Shown here: piece by piece, positions 9,798 through 19,467 of the stretch
Layout of the letters: each line of letters begins with the position of its first letter
Position numbering within the stretch: the first letter of the stretch is position 1
The notes under the pieces: generated by a model
Database searches by the model: none
What the model was told of the DNA's origin: nothing
Seen by the model: only the letters and a program-made list of their open reading frames with translations
Program-made: the position numbers and the translations under genes
Assembly (NCBI GenBank): GCA_965203315.1
Contig: OZ241857.1
Location: forward strand, 1,056,001 to 1,120,000
Source: Nitrosopumilus sp.
GTDB taxonomy: Archaea > Thermoproteota > Nitrososphaeria > Nitrososphaerales > Nitrosopumilaceae
Direction of reading: 5' to 3'
DNA: 64,000 bases

Positions 9798-11288
9798 GTG
9801 GACGATGAACTACTAGCCGAGTTTGAACAACACATACTAGACAAAGTTCCACATGTTGTTGATGGCGCAGTAGTAAATGCGACTAGGTTGATAGATCTCT
9901 CCAACGATCTGATCCAGTGTGCAAAAGAGTGTTACAATATTGATCTAAATAATATAGAGGTTTATGGCAAGTTTGAGTCTGATCTACTTGCAGGATCGAT
10001 TAAAGTTCGACCTGCTGTACACATCATACATGATGCCATAAAGTCAGGTAAACTAGAACGAGGGCAGACTATAATCGAGGCCACGTCTGGAAACTTTGGT
10101 ATTGCACTAGGCAAACTGACTAGGCTCGGTATACCTGTAATATCGCTAGTATCACGTAAACTCCAAGAGGGAGTCTTTGATGAGCTCAAAGAAGGAGATA
10201 TCAAGGTTATTGATCTAGACATGGATATATGTCCAGCACCTGGCGCTAGTGGCAGTAGTGACGATATCCAAGCGAGAGCAGCTGCTGCAAATATTCGATC
10301 ACAGCTAGTTTCATTAGGATTCGATGGCAAGTCGTTTGATGATCATATCCAAGAGATACACAATCTCTTAAAATCTCAAGATATCATAAACTTGGCTCGA
10401 TACCTTGCAGAGATATACGGATGTTTCTGTCCAGAACAATATGACAACCAGTTGAACATCAATGTACATCAGACAGTCACAGGACCAGAGATAGATCAAC
10501 AGCTTGCAAATAAAGACAAGTCATTAGGAGACTATACAATATTTTGTACGTTTGGTACAGGAGGTACGTCAGGAGGTCTAAGTAATTACATGTATGAAAA
10601 GTATCAAAAGAGATCTGTACACGTAGTGTTTCCTATACCCGGTCAGGATGTTGCAGGTATTAGAACAAAGGCCAAAGCAACAGGACTGCACTTGTACACT
10701 CCAGAGATATATGCTCAAGAGTACGAGATCGACTTTACAAAGGCAAAATCACTCTTGAGATTCTTTGTAAAGAGAGGTCACGATATCGGTGAGAGTACTG
10801 CACTAGCATTGTACACAATATTAGAGAATGTAAAAGACCAAGGTGGTAAATTTGTGGTGATTGCAGCAGACGGGATTGCAAAGTACAAAAAGAGTCTAGA
10901 AGAGAAGGCTCCGATTCAGATAAGTCTAACAGACGCTACTGTTGCCAACTATGACAAGATAGTTTGGGTTCATACTCAATATACTCCTCGTGATGCAGGA
11001 ATCGATGTGATTGCAAGAGCATTAGGAGTTGACAGATCAAAGATTACGATTCCAAAGGCGAAGACAGTAGACAGACTACTCCAAACAAGACAAGTTCCAG
11101 ACGAACTTGTCGAAGATCTGAAAGGCAATACACTTTTGGTCTGTATGGCAGGAAATACATCCTTGATGACAGCAAATGTTCTTGCAAGTAAAGGAATCAC
11201 GACACAGAGTTTGAACGGTGGAATCACAAACCTACCAGAGAGTCAGCAAAAGAGTCCAGCAGACCTTGTACAGTTTGCAAGGGAGTAG
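9798..11288 (+). CDS. PLP-dependent cysteine synthase family protein with C-terminal rhodanese-like domain
   Basis: GSIKVR (PLP lysine), EATSGNFG, GTGGT; C-terminal LLVCMAGNTS...SLNGGI. Confidence 0.8.
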   Translation: MDDELLAEFEQHILDKVPHVVDGAVVNATRLIDLSNDLIQCAKECYNIDLNNIEVYGKFESDLLAGSIKVRPAVHIIHDAIKSGKLERGQTIIEATSGNFGIALGKLTRLGIPVISLVSRKLQEGVFDELKEGDIKVIDLDMDICPAPGASGSSDDIQARAAAANIRSQLVSLGFDGKSFDDHIQEIHNLLKSQDIINLARYLAEIYGCFCPEQYDNQLNINVHQTVTGPEIDQQLANKDKSLGDYTIFCTFGTGGTSGGLSNYMYEKYQKRSVHVVFPIPGQDVAGIRTKAKATGLHLYTPEIYAQEYEIDFTKAKSLLRFFVKRGHDIGESTALALYTILENVKDQGGKFVVIAADGIAKYKKSLEEKAPIQISLTDATVANYDKIVWVHTQYTPRDAGIDVIARALGVDRSKITIPKAKTVDRLLQTRQVPDELVEDLKGNTLLVCMAGNTSLMTANVLASKGITTQSLNGGITNLPESQQKSPADLVQFARE

Positions 11289-11293
11289 AACAC

Positions 11294-11662
11294 TTGCGCT
11301 GTCTATCGGTATGTCAGCCGTTTGCAGAGTTGATCATATCTGGTAGAAAGACGATCGAGTTGCGAAGATGGAATACAAAGTTTCGTGGTGAGTTTTTAGT
11401 TCATGCTGCAAAGAAGATCAGAGTCAGAGATTGTGTACGACTTGGAATGAACCAAGAGCTAGTTACAGGTGCACTGGTCGGGAGAGCAGAGATATACGAC
11501 GTAAAGATCTATGACACGACAGAACAGATAGACGACGACCGTACACTACATCACTCAGACAGTTCGGCTGGCAGATATGGATTCATGTTAAGAGATCCAA
11601 AGAGATTTGCATCTGCTATACCACATAGTGGCAGACTCGGATTCTTTGATGTAAAACCATAG
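11294..11662 (+). CDS. ASCH domain protein
   Basis: LSVCQPFAELIISGRKTIELRRW..RGEFLVHA. Confidence 0.85.
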   Translation: MRCLSVCQPFAELIISGRKTIELRRWNTKFRGEFLVHAAKKIRVRDCVRLGMNQELVTGALVGRAEIYDVKIYDTTEQIDDDRTLHHSDSSAGRYGFMLRDPKRFASAIPHSGRLGFFDVKP

Positions 11663-11749
11663 ACAATATTGATGCGAGATGGCCACCAAAGATTAGTGTG
11701 TCATCAATTTGTGATCTAGTATATATAAAGGACTATTTAAACGAAAAGA

Positions 11750-12313
11750 ATGCCTCAAACTAAACCAATAGTTAGTGTAGAGAATGTTGTCGCATCTGCG
11801 TCAGTAGAACAAAAGATCGATCTAGACGAGATTACTAGAAAGTTTCCAGATACAGAGTATCATCCGGAACAGTTTCCAGGACTAGTCTTTAGGCTCCCTA
11901 CACCAAGAACTGCAACTCTGATATTTCGTACAGGAAAGATGGTGTGCACTGGTGCAAAATCTGAAGAGATGGCCATAAAGGCAGTAAATACTGTTGTTCA
12001 GCGACTACGTAGAGCAAAGATCAAGATAAAGAACGATGCAGTAATCACAGTTCAAAATATCGTAGCAGCTATCAACCTAGGAGGCAAGATCCATTTAGAA
12101 AAAGCAGCACGGACTCTGCCACGAAGTATGTATGAACCAGAGCAGTTTCCAGGCTTGATACATAGAATGTTGGATCCCAAGACGGTTATTCTGCTGTTTG
12201 CCTCCGGCAAGCTCGTCTGTACAGGAGCAAAGAAAGAGTCTGACGTGTATCGATCGGTTCACAACCTTCACGCACTACTTGAAGAGAAGAATCTGATGAT
12301 ATATGAGCAATGA
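11750..12313 (+). CDS. tbp: TATA-box-binding protein
   Basis: Two repeats YxPEQFPGL, NVVAS/NIVAA, GKxVCTGAK. Confidence 0.97.
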   Translation: MPQTKPIVSVENVVASASVEQKIDLDEITRKFPDTEYHPEQFPGLVFRLPTPRTATLIFRTGKMVCTGAKSEEMAIKAVNTVVQRLRRAKIKIKNDAVITVQNIVAAINLGGKIHLEKAARTLPRSMYEPEQFPGLIHRMLDPKTVILLFASGKLVCTGAKKESDVYRSVHNLHALLEEKNLMIYEQ

Positions 12314-12521
12314 TCTAGAGAGCGAGAGACGTCGGTTGACACCAGAGACAGGATTTGCGTTAATATCAACAGACTATTTCGCAGAGACCGGAGCAGAGAT
12401 GTACATAGTAGATACATTCGATATGTATCAAGATGCACTATATGCCAAAAAGAACAAAAAGAATCCAGATGAATACTATATTGTGTATAAAGACAGCGAT
12501 GGCAAGTATCTATACCGTTGA
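12303..12521 (+). CDS. Small hypothetical protein
   Basis: ATG ORF overlapping the tbp end. Confidence 0.65.
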   Translation: MSNDLESERRRLTPETGFALISTDYFAETGAEMYIVDTFDMYQDALYAKKNKKNPDEYYIVYKDSDGKYLYR

Positions 12522-13190
12522 TTATCTATAGGTAAAGATCGAGTTACTAGTTCTAGAGCCATCGTTGGCAGTAATAGTATATTCGCCCAACTCGGACCAC
12601 TCTTGTCCTGCTGCGATCGCGAGTGTTGCAAACTCGCCTGTACGTTTTATTGTTACAGTCTCAGTCCACACCAACACTCCAGACGGATTCTCGATTGATA
12701 AATCTACAGTTCCGATCTCATCAGAGCGTCCGCTGATAGATATTATGTCACCAGAGTTGTACGATTGAAGATCTGTAGTAATGTATAGTGGTAGATCAGG
12801 TAACTGAGGTACAGGAGGAATTGCGGGGGTCGCAGATAATGACAGATATGCTGATACAGCTATTGCCACGACAGCGATGAAGATTATTGCGATAATAGGA
12901 TAAAGTTTGGTCTTTCTTTTACGACGAACTATTTGAGGAGTGGGTCGAACTAGCGCTTGAGAGGTTGTGTTAGTATTTGGCATCTTTTGTGATGCAGTTG
13001 GTATCTGTAGTCTGTGAATATGAGGTCTACGGTTTAAATGCTGTTCAGCTAGTCTCTTTACATAACCACGTTCAAAGTTGCTGATCACTTCATCGTTATC
13101 ACACGCTCGAAGGATCTGTCGCAGTATTCGATCGTCACCAAAGCCTTTGTCCATGAGTGACTTTACATCGTCACGTAGTGTTGATTCCAT
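12522..13190 (-). CDS. Single-pass membrane protein with C-terminal Ig-like/MG2-like domain
   Basis: Hydrophobic IIAIIFIAVVAIAVSAYL; ITTDLQSYNSGDIISISG...GEYTITA. Confidence 0.7.
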   Translation of the reverse strand: MESTLRDDVKSLMDKGFGDDRILRQILRACDNDEVISNFERGYVKRLAEQHLNRRPHIHRLQIPTASQKMPNTNTTSQALVRPTPQIVRRKRKTKLYPIIAIIFIAVVAIAVSAYLSLSATPAIPPVPQLPDLPLYITTDLQSYNSGDIISISGRSDEIGTVDLSIENPSGVLVWTETVTIKRTGEFATLAIAAGQEWSELGEYTITANDGSRTSNSIFTYR

Positions 13191-13249
13191 CTACACATCA
13201 CACCATATTCAAGTAATAGTGTTTTATTAAATTGATCATTCAATTTAGA

Positions 13250-14966
13250 GTAAGCGGTTAGGCTGACAACGATTCTTGCTGTGTGTTGAGCATTTAGGAT
13301 ATTGATGGATTATTTACATGACATACGAACTTACTATCTAGTACGTCTCTTCAGCAGCCTTTGCCGTGAGAATTCTCAACAATTCGTCTCTAATGCTCAG
13401 CCCACGTTTACGACATGTAAAGAAGAACGTAAACAAGATAGACCACGCATCCATGCCGCGCTGCGATGTAAAGTGCAGCGAAATGTTGCGATGTATTGCA
13501 ATTGGCCGCATGTACAGTTCTGTCTCGTTGTTCGTGGGATCCATTCCAGGATGGTTCACGAATGTAAAGAGATTGGGAGCAGCATTACGCAGCGTCGTCG
13601 CAAATTTCTTGTTGCCGAGCTTTTCGTGCTGATCTACAACATCTAATACCTGTGCTATTAAATCAGACACATCTCCCGGTGGTCGTCCCTTGGCTATGTG
13701 AAATATCTTTTGTAGTCTTTCGTGCAATATTGTAGTTTCATGGCAATATAGGGCAGTCTTCATTGCATGTTTTGAATCGATCAATATGTGTGACCAACAT
13801 CTCTGCGTGTCATCATCCGTCTCGTAACCGCAATATCCATCAACAGTCTTGCATTTGTTTTTAAACGGTTTGAAATATTCATCTAAAACCCTCGATCCTC
13901 GTGTATCTGTTACACGAACGAGAACTGCATCATCTGTGACACATGTCCACACATATCCACGTTTGCCTGGTACTTTATGTGGCGTTTCGTCAAATTTGAC
14001 ATTTTCAGAACTTTCAGCTGCTTTCCAGATGCCTGAAACATCGTCTTCTATTGCGTTAACGAGTGCAAATGTAGCGTTGTTTATGGTTGCTTTAGATGGA
14101 CGGTAATCAAAAAACTCTAATTGTTTTTGAATCATTCCTTGTGACATGTTGTTGAATAGTGAAATTCCATGATGGACTAGCATGTTTATGCTCATCTCTG
14201 TACCCTTGATCTTGGGAATCTTTTTACTAGTATCCCACTCGTATCCGCAACCATTACACGTATGTTTATATCCAACATGCGTATTTATCTCGGTTTTTGG
14301 CAGAGGTACATCACGAATCCTACACTGATATGATTTGTTGTACGTGATATCTATGCCATGGCAGCCTGGACACGCTGAATCTATGTACGGGACAGTACCT
14401 GCTGATTTGTCCGTCTGCGATACTCCTACGTGATTCTCTTTTTGGCCTACTTTATTGTAATCCTTTGGATCTATATACGCTGCTATTCTTTCTTGCATTG
14501 TAGGTATGCTGTTCTTGGATGATGGATTAAACGGACTCTCATAGTATGGCATCTTTTGTTGTAACTCTTGATTCTCTTTTGCGTGTGTACATGTCTCTGG
14601 TTCACATTGATCTGAATGACCACCTAGTTGTTGTTCAAGTTTACGTTCCAGTTCTGCAGTTCGCAGTTCTCCTCGTAATATGACGCCTCCCTGCCATTCA
14701 ATCATATCTAGTGCAATGCGAATTATCTCGTCTTTGTCATCGAGTTGTGTATGCAACATTGCGATCTCCTCTCGAAGTATCTTCATCTCTGATTGAGGCA
14801 TGACATTCATAGTTATGTACTAGTATTTACACAGATCAAAAAATAAAGTTGACACAATGGTAAGCCAAACTAAACACTAATTTTTTCTAATCATGCAGAT
14901 CGACATGAATTGCATACGTTATCTTGCTCAAAACACCACAAGATCGTTGTCAGCCTAACCGCTTAC
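13250..14966 (-). mobile_element. IS66-family insertion sequence (single-ORF type)
   Basis: Perfect 24-bp TIR GTAAGCGGTTAGGCTGACAACGAT; 8-bp TSD AATTTAGA at 13242-13249 and 14967-14974. Confidence 0.93.
13338..14810 (-). CDS. IS66-family transposase
   Basis: Coiled coil, CPGC/CNGC Zn finger, FDETP, VDGY, QRCWSH, PTNNETE. Confidence 0.93.
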   Translation of the reverse strand: MNVMPQSEMKILREEIAMLHTQLDDKDEIIRIALDMIEWQGGVILRGELRTAELERKLEQQLGGHSDQCEPETCTHAKENQELQQKMPYYESPFNPSSKNSIPTMQERIAAYIDPKDYNKVGQKENHVGVSQTDKSAGTVPYIDSACPGCHGIDITYNKSYQCRIRDVPLPKTEINTHVGYKHTCNGCGYEWDTSKKIPKIKGTEMSINMLVHHGISLFNNMSQGMIQKQLEFFDYRPSKATINNATFALVNAIEDDVSGIWKAAESSENVKFDETPHKVPGKRGYVWTCVTDDAVLVRVTDTRGSRVLDEYFKPFKNKCKTVDGYCGYETDDDTQRCWSHILIDSKHAMKTALYCHETTILHERLQKIFHIAKGRPPGDVSDLIAQVLDVVDQHEKLGNKKFATTLRNAAPNLFTFVNHPGMDPTNNETELYMRPIAIHRNISLHFTSQRGMDAWSILFTFFFTCRKRGLSIRDELLRILTAKAAEETY

Positions 14967-15180
14967 AATTTAGATAATCAATACGGATGTAGAGTTAGGA
15001 CATACAAGTATTTAGACTCGCACCAATTCTTCACCGGTACTCATAAAGACATACAGTTGATAGTCTCTAGATCTAGAGATCAAAAACACCTAGTTGCTAG
15101 GTACAAGACAAGTGTCATTCATCAGTCCTACACATAGTCATAGACACAATCTTTTTTAATTACTGTGATACAAGAATACA

Positions 15181-15522
15181 ATGAAACGAATCGAAGCAAC
15201 CATCCAAAGTAGCAAGATAGGAGCAGTCTCTGATGCGATCAACGATATCGTTGGAGGTTTTACTATCCTAGAAGGAAATGGTAGAGGCTCAGGTCAGAGA
15301 CAGATGATCAGATCTGGTAGAGGAACCGGTTCCGTTGTTGCCGAGTATAACAAAGTCGCAACCATTACAACGATAGTTGATGACGCGGATGTAGAAAAGG
15401 TCTCTAATGTCATTGCAGAGGCTGCATTTACAGGCAAGGGTGGTGATGGAATAATCGCAGTTAGTGACGTTAATAGCGTGCTAAACATTGCGTCAAAAAA
15501 GAGTGGTTCAGAAGCCCTCTAA
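15181..15522 (+). CDS. glnB: P-II family nitrogen regulatory protein
   Basis: MKRIEATI, GRGSG T-loop, TGKGGDGII. Confidence 0.9.
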   Translation: MKRIEATIQSSKIGAVSDAINDIVGGFTILEGNGRGSGQRQMIRSGRGTGSVVAEYNKVATITTIVDDADVEKVSNVIAEAAFTGKGGDGIIAVSDVNSVLNIASKKSGSEAL

Positions 15523-15568
15523 TCACTTTCTTTCTAATCGATATATTTCAGATACATGTGATCAGAGA

Positions 15569-15817
15569 CTACTGTCCTTCAATTCCCATCAAAGTTAGTG
15601 TAGAACGGATCTTTGGAATCTTGCGTATCTTCCATGTTATGGTCTCACGAAGTGCTTCAACTTGCGTCAATTCAACTTTGGCCAAAATATCGTATGCGCC
15701 AAACGTTCCATGTACTTCAACCACACCATCAATAGATCGTAGTTCTGAGATTACAGATTCTTCAGAACCTAATTCGCAGTTTATGAGAACATATGCTGTT
15801 GCCAAACTATGACTCAT
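15569..15817 (-). CDS. Lrp/AsnC ligand-binding domain protein
   Basis: AYVLINCELG...VHGTFGAYDILAKV...IRSTLTL. Confidence 0.85.
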   Translation of the reverse strand: MSHSLATAYVLINCELGSEESVISELRSIDGVVEVHGTFGAYDILAKVELTQVEALRETITWKIRKIPKIRSTLTLMGIEGQ

Positions 15818-15877
15818 CTCCCATGTATTATAATAGCACGTTCAATTATATAAACAAGTCATGCGGTTGTTCTGCAA

Positions 15878-15995
15878 GGATCTTTTCGATTTACGTGGAA
15901 TGATATTTCGTAAGACTTTTCCCATAATTTTCCCTTATAGACTTTCGCAGCGCTTTTTCTGTAACCATTCTATCCCACGTAAACCGAAAAGATTC
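15878..15995. mobile_element. MITE family A copy
   Basis: GGATCTTTTCGATTTACGTGG ... CCCACGTAAACCGAAAAGATTC. Confidence 0.8.
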
Positions 15996-16399
15996 AGATC
16001 CAAGACATTTTATTCTAAAGGTATTATGTTTGGGTGCCACAGATGTCAGGCATGATCTTTTATGAAAAGTTTGTTTTTCGTGCCTAACCAACATGTCGAC
16101 CTAATGTCATACTTCTAGAGTATGGTACATTGAATTATTTATCAAGTCAGGGCACTACTAAAAGATGTAAGGGTTTGTTGAGACATACATCGGGATAAAT
16201 TGAAACTAGAATTCTGTATATTTTTTGAGGCGATGAATCAATATAAGACTTATGATTTTTCCATTCATTTTATAAAATTTTCATACAATCTGTCAGGAAA
16301 AATTATAATTTTTACAATATTTCTGTATAGTATACGAGATTTCCAAGAACATAAATCCAAACTAAAAAGGCTTTTAACTATGTTGTATCAACTATTGTT

Positions 16400-16567
16400 A
16401 TGAGTACAGACAAAAGTATCATAGATCCAAATGGTAAGAATTTTTCGTTTCAAAAAGAAAAACATCCGTATTACGACCCTCAAGTAATTTATACGGATCA
16501 TAATCGTGAATTTAATTTAAAGATTGATGGTTTAATCAATAAACTTGATCGGGTGTTTGATCCGTGA
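16400..16567 (+). CDS. Small AT-rich hypothetical protein (55 aa)
   Basis: MSTDKSIIDPNG...DRVFDP; stop overlaps the GTG start at 16564 (GTGA). Confidence 0.45.
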   Translation: MSTDKSIIDPNGKNFSFQKEKHPYYDPQVIYTDHNREFNLKIDGLINKLDRVFDP

Positions 16568-16757
16568 GTTTATTTGATAAAGATCTAGAAAGTGTTGCGA
16601 ATTCTATAAAACATTTTAATGCATTAACATCTTTTGTTAAAACATCCATTGTTACTGATCTTACATATCTACTTAATGATAAAAAACTACTTGACAAGCT
16701 ATATCCAATTTTAAGCGGAATTCAAAATGACATCTCCAAATATGATGAGAGAACTAT

Positions 16758-18289
16758 AGACATTATGCGTTAGTCGTTTTCAACGATACCAAAGCTAGTT
16801 GAAATTCGTAAGTTATTGCGTCAACGTCATTACACAAGTGTCTAAAATTAGAATATCTCATTCAACTTTGCAAATACAATCAAAATATTGCGTTAATGTA
16901 CATGAATGTACAGGAATACAGTAAATCATAAACAGATAATGGTATCCTGTATTGCATTGTGATGTTTTAGCCGTATCTCTTTCTCAATTTGTTGGCACGC
17001 CGATGATATGCACGCAATAGCTTGTCAAATCTCTTGGTTGACCGATCGCGTCTTTTGTCCCATAATATGCCTGCATTTACAAGTGCTGCTACCTCTTCGA
17101 TTCTTTTTTCTAAATCAGGTTCAACACATTCAATTTGTTGTTGCATGTGACGATACTGCTTGATCATTCCTATGGAATTTTCAACCACCACGCGTTCTGA
17201 GCTGTGATCTCGGTTAAACTCTTTCTGCTCTTTGGTGAGCTCGCCGCCACGAGGTTTTTTGAATGGTACGATAAAGTTTGTTCCTGGAAATATACTCTCG
17301 CCACCTTGGTATGCAGAATCCTGACGCATCTTTATTCTCTCTTTACGTGGAGTTGATGGATCTCTCATCTTGTCTTCCCATTTACCAAATCCCAATTTCC
17401 ACTCTTTGAGTATGGTTATCTCGTGCGTACTGCCATAGTATAATGGACTCATAGTTAGGATCAGCTTTTCTTTGTTCACCATCACTAGAATTACACAAGT
17501 GTGTTTCTTTAGTTTGCCAGACCTTGACCACGTTTCTAACTGAGAATCTGATGGTATATCGATTATGAAATGAGTCCCATCAATTGCAGTCTTTAAGCGA
17601 GGAATCCATTCTCGTAGATCTTGTAATGTTTTACATTTAGAGATCTGGTCTGCTATATCTATTGGTCTTGTCCAAGATTGATTCAGGAATCTACGTACAT
17701 GTCTAGTATGTCTAGAGACATTGCTTTGACTCATATCAAATATGGACCCAATCACATCTTGAGTCATTCCAGCTCGAGTAGACATAAACTCCATCAACAT
17801 GACAGCTGTTGTGCTTAATACTGACACCTTTCCTCGTCCAACATTAACGCCAGAGTATTGTGGTATCTTTGGTTCACCATCTAGTTTCTCTTTACGTCTC
17901 TTGTTGAGTTGATCATTGCGTCTCTCTCTAATTGATTCATCTTTGATGTATTGTTTGTATTCTTTATCATACAGCGCGAATAGATTGGGAGTCATTTTTG
18001 TGAATTTATACAAAGTAGTTGGTTTGGAGAGGATCCTCTTACAAAAATCATCAACCTTTTCTGTTTTCTGTCTGTAAAAATTAGGTTTATTGTTCGCCTC
18101 TTGGTCGAGTTGTTCTGCAACAGTATCTCGTTGTTGCTCTAGTTCACTAACAGTCTGCTCTAACTCTTTTACTCTTTGCTGGAGACACAGTATTTGTCCG
18201 TTTGACGTACTAGTTTTTTGACTCAATGATTGCTATTTTTAGACCTACGATCTAAGTGTTTCGGTCAAAACGACTAACGCATAATGTCT
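16758..18289 (-). mobile_element. IS5-family (ISL2/DDE_Tnp_4-like) insertion sequence
   Basis: 23-bp TIR AGACATTATGCGTTAGTCGTTTT; 3-bp TSD TAT. Confidence 0.88.
16967..18226 (-). CDS. DDE superfamily transposase
   Basis: HTH (FDMSQSNVSR), AIDGTH, DSAYQG, PFKKPRGGELT..QKEFNR..SSERVVVENSIG. Confidence 0.9.
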   Translation of the reverse strand: MSQKTSTSNGQILCLQQRVKELEQTVSELEQQRDTVAEQLDQEANNKPNFYRQKTEKVDDFCKRILSKPTTLYKFTKMTPNLFALYDKEYKQYIKDESIRERRNDQLNKRRKEKLDGEPKIPQYSGVNVGRGKVSVLSTTAVMLMEFMSTRAGMTQDVIGSIFDMSQSNVSRHTRHVRRFLNQSWTRPIDIADQISKCKTLQDLREWIPRLKTAIDGTHFIIDIPSDSQLETWSRSGKLKKHTCVILVMVNKEKLILTMSPLYYGSTHEITILKEWKLGFGKWEDKMRDPSTPRKERIKMRQDSAYQGGESIFPGTNFIVPFKKPRGGELTKEQKEFNRDHSSERVVVENSIGMIKQYRHMQQQIECVEPDLEKRIEEVAALVNAGILWDKRRDRSTKRFDKLLRAYHRRANKLRKRYG

Positions 18290-18917
18290 TATAAGTAATA
18301 AACTGATTCAACTAGGTATGGAAGAATCATATGCAATATTATTGGTCAAGATTGTGATTAAGCAGGCTCCTACCACTAGTTATCAGATAAGTATACTAGC
18401 AAAAATTTCTAGTAAAGAATTTGTAGAAAAAATACCTCACATAATGCATGATATGTGGACAAATCGAATTTCGCCGATCGAATTATCAAAGAAATATACC
18501 GTTACTTTAGAATTTGTACAATACTTTATGAGTTTCTCTCGTGAATGTATGAACAAATTACAGCGCAGAAACATATCTGTTGATAGTCTTAAACAATTTT
18601 GTTTAAATGAAGGACTACCTAATTCAAGCACAGATGTACTAATTAAAACGTTTCAAACGTACGAAAATTTTTGGCACGATATGATTGTATTTACAAATGT
18701 TCAAGACAGTATTGCAGAGTTACGTATGATACGCGCAGAAAATCAAGAAATAAAAGAAACCGTGAAAGAAATACTCAAATACATGAAAAAAACAACTGAT
18801 ACATCTAATCATAGTTTTTTTCAATAATTGGTAAAGCTACCAAAGACCCTATTCATAATTCTCTTTTGGCTCGTATGGTGCTCTAGTTTTTTACCATTTT
18901 GTCAACACATTTCAGTA

Positions 18918-19112
18918 GGTTCTGTTCAATTGACGGAGGTTGAGATCGTTATGACGTTATCTCAAAGAACCCACAATATCTGACTCAAAGCATCAGCAAT
19001 TTATGATAGCCGGCATGAGGCCATTTCCATATTTTGCAAAATTTTTCGAGAATTTTGTGTAGAAAATGCCAACCCCTCCCCTCCCCTCCCCCCCCGTTAA
19101 TTGAACAGAACC
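18918..19112. mobile_element. MITE family B-like element with C-rich tract
   Basis: TIR GGTTCTGTTCAATTGACGG / CCGTTAATTGAACAGAACC (1 mismatch); no TSD seen. Confidence 0.65.
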
Positions 19113-19467
19113 CATAGCACATGTCTGTATACAACATACAATTTCTACATAAAATCCACTTCGTTAAAACTTCAGATCCAACTTGTGTTGAAATAGACCC
19201 CTTGTTTCGCTATTGATCTGACTCTTAACTTTTCACCTTTTGTTTATGATATCGTATGATTCACATTTGTCATCAGACTTTCTTGCGCCTTTCATTTCAC
19301 GTATAATTCTACAAGTAGAGATGATATCCTACAACCGTCTGTAAAATATTCTTTTGTGTCAGATTCACTAATACGCATTGCATTTGCAAGTTCAGCCATG
19401 TTCTATATGGATTCATTATCGTTATCTTGGTTTAAAAGATTAGGCTCGCTCTTTTGTATAAAATAGA

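Larger units (their letters stand above)
16564..18827 (+). pseudogene. AT-rich hypothetical gene (~240 aa) split by an IS5-like element
   Basis: Removing 16758-18292 rejoins ...DERTI-SNKLIQLG-MEESYA... in frame with ORF 18318-18827. Confidence 0.8.

Noticed and set aside
15861-16403. Short ORFs over MITE or AT-rich DNA (also 9367-9708, 35549-35866)
   Set aside because: They overlap repeats or antisense strands and have no protein-like motifs.
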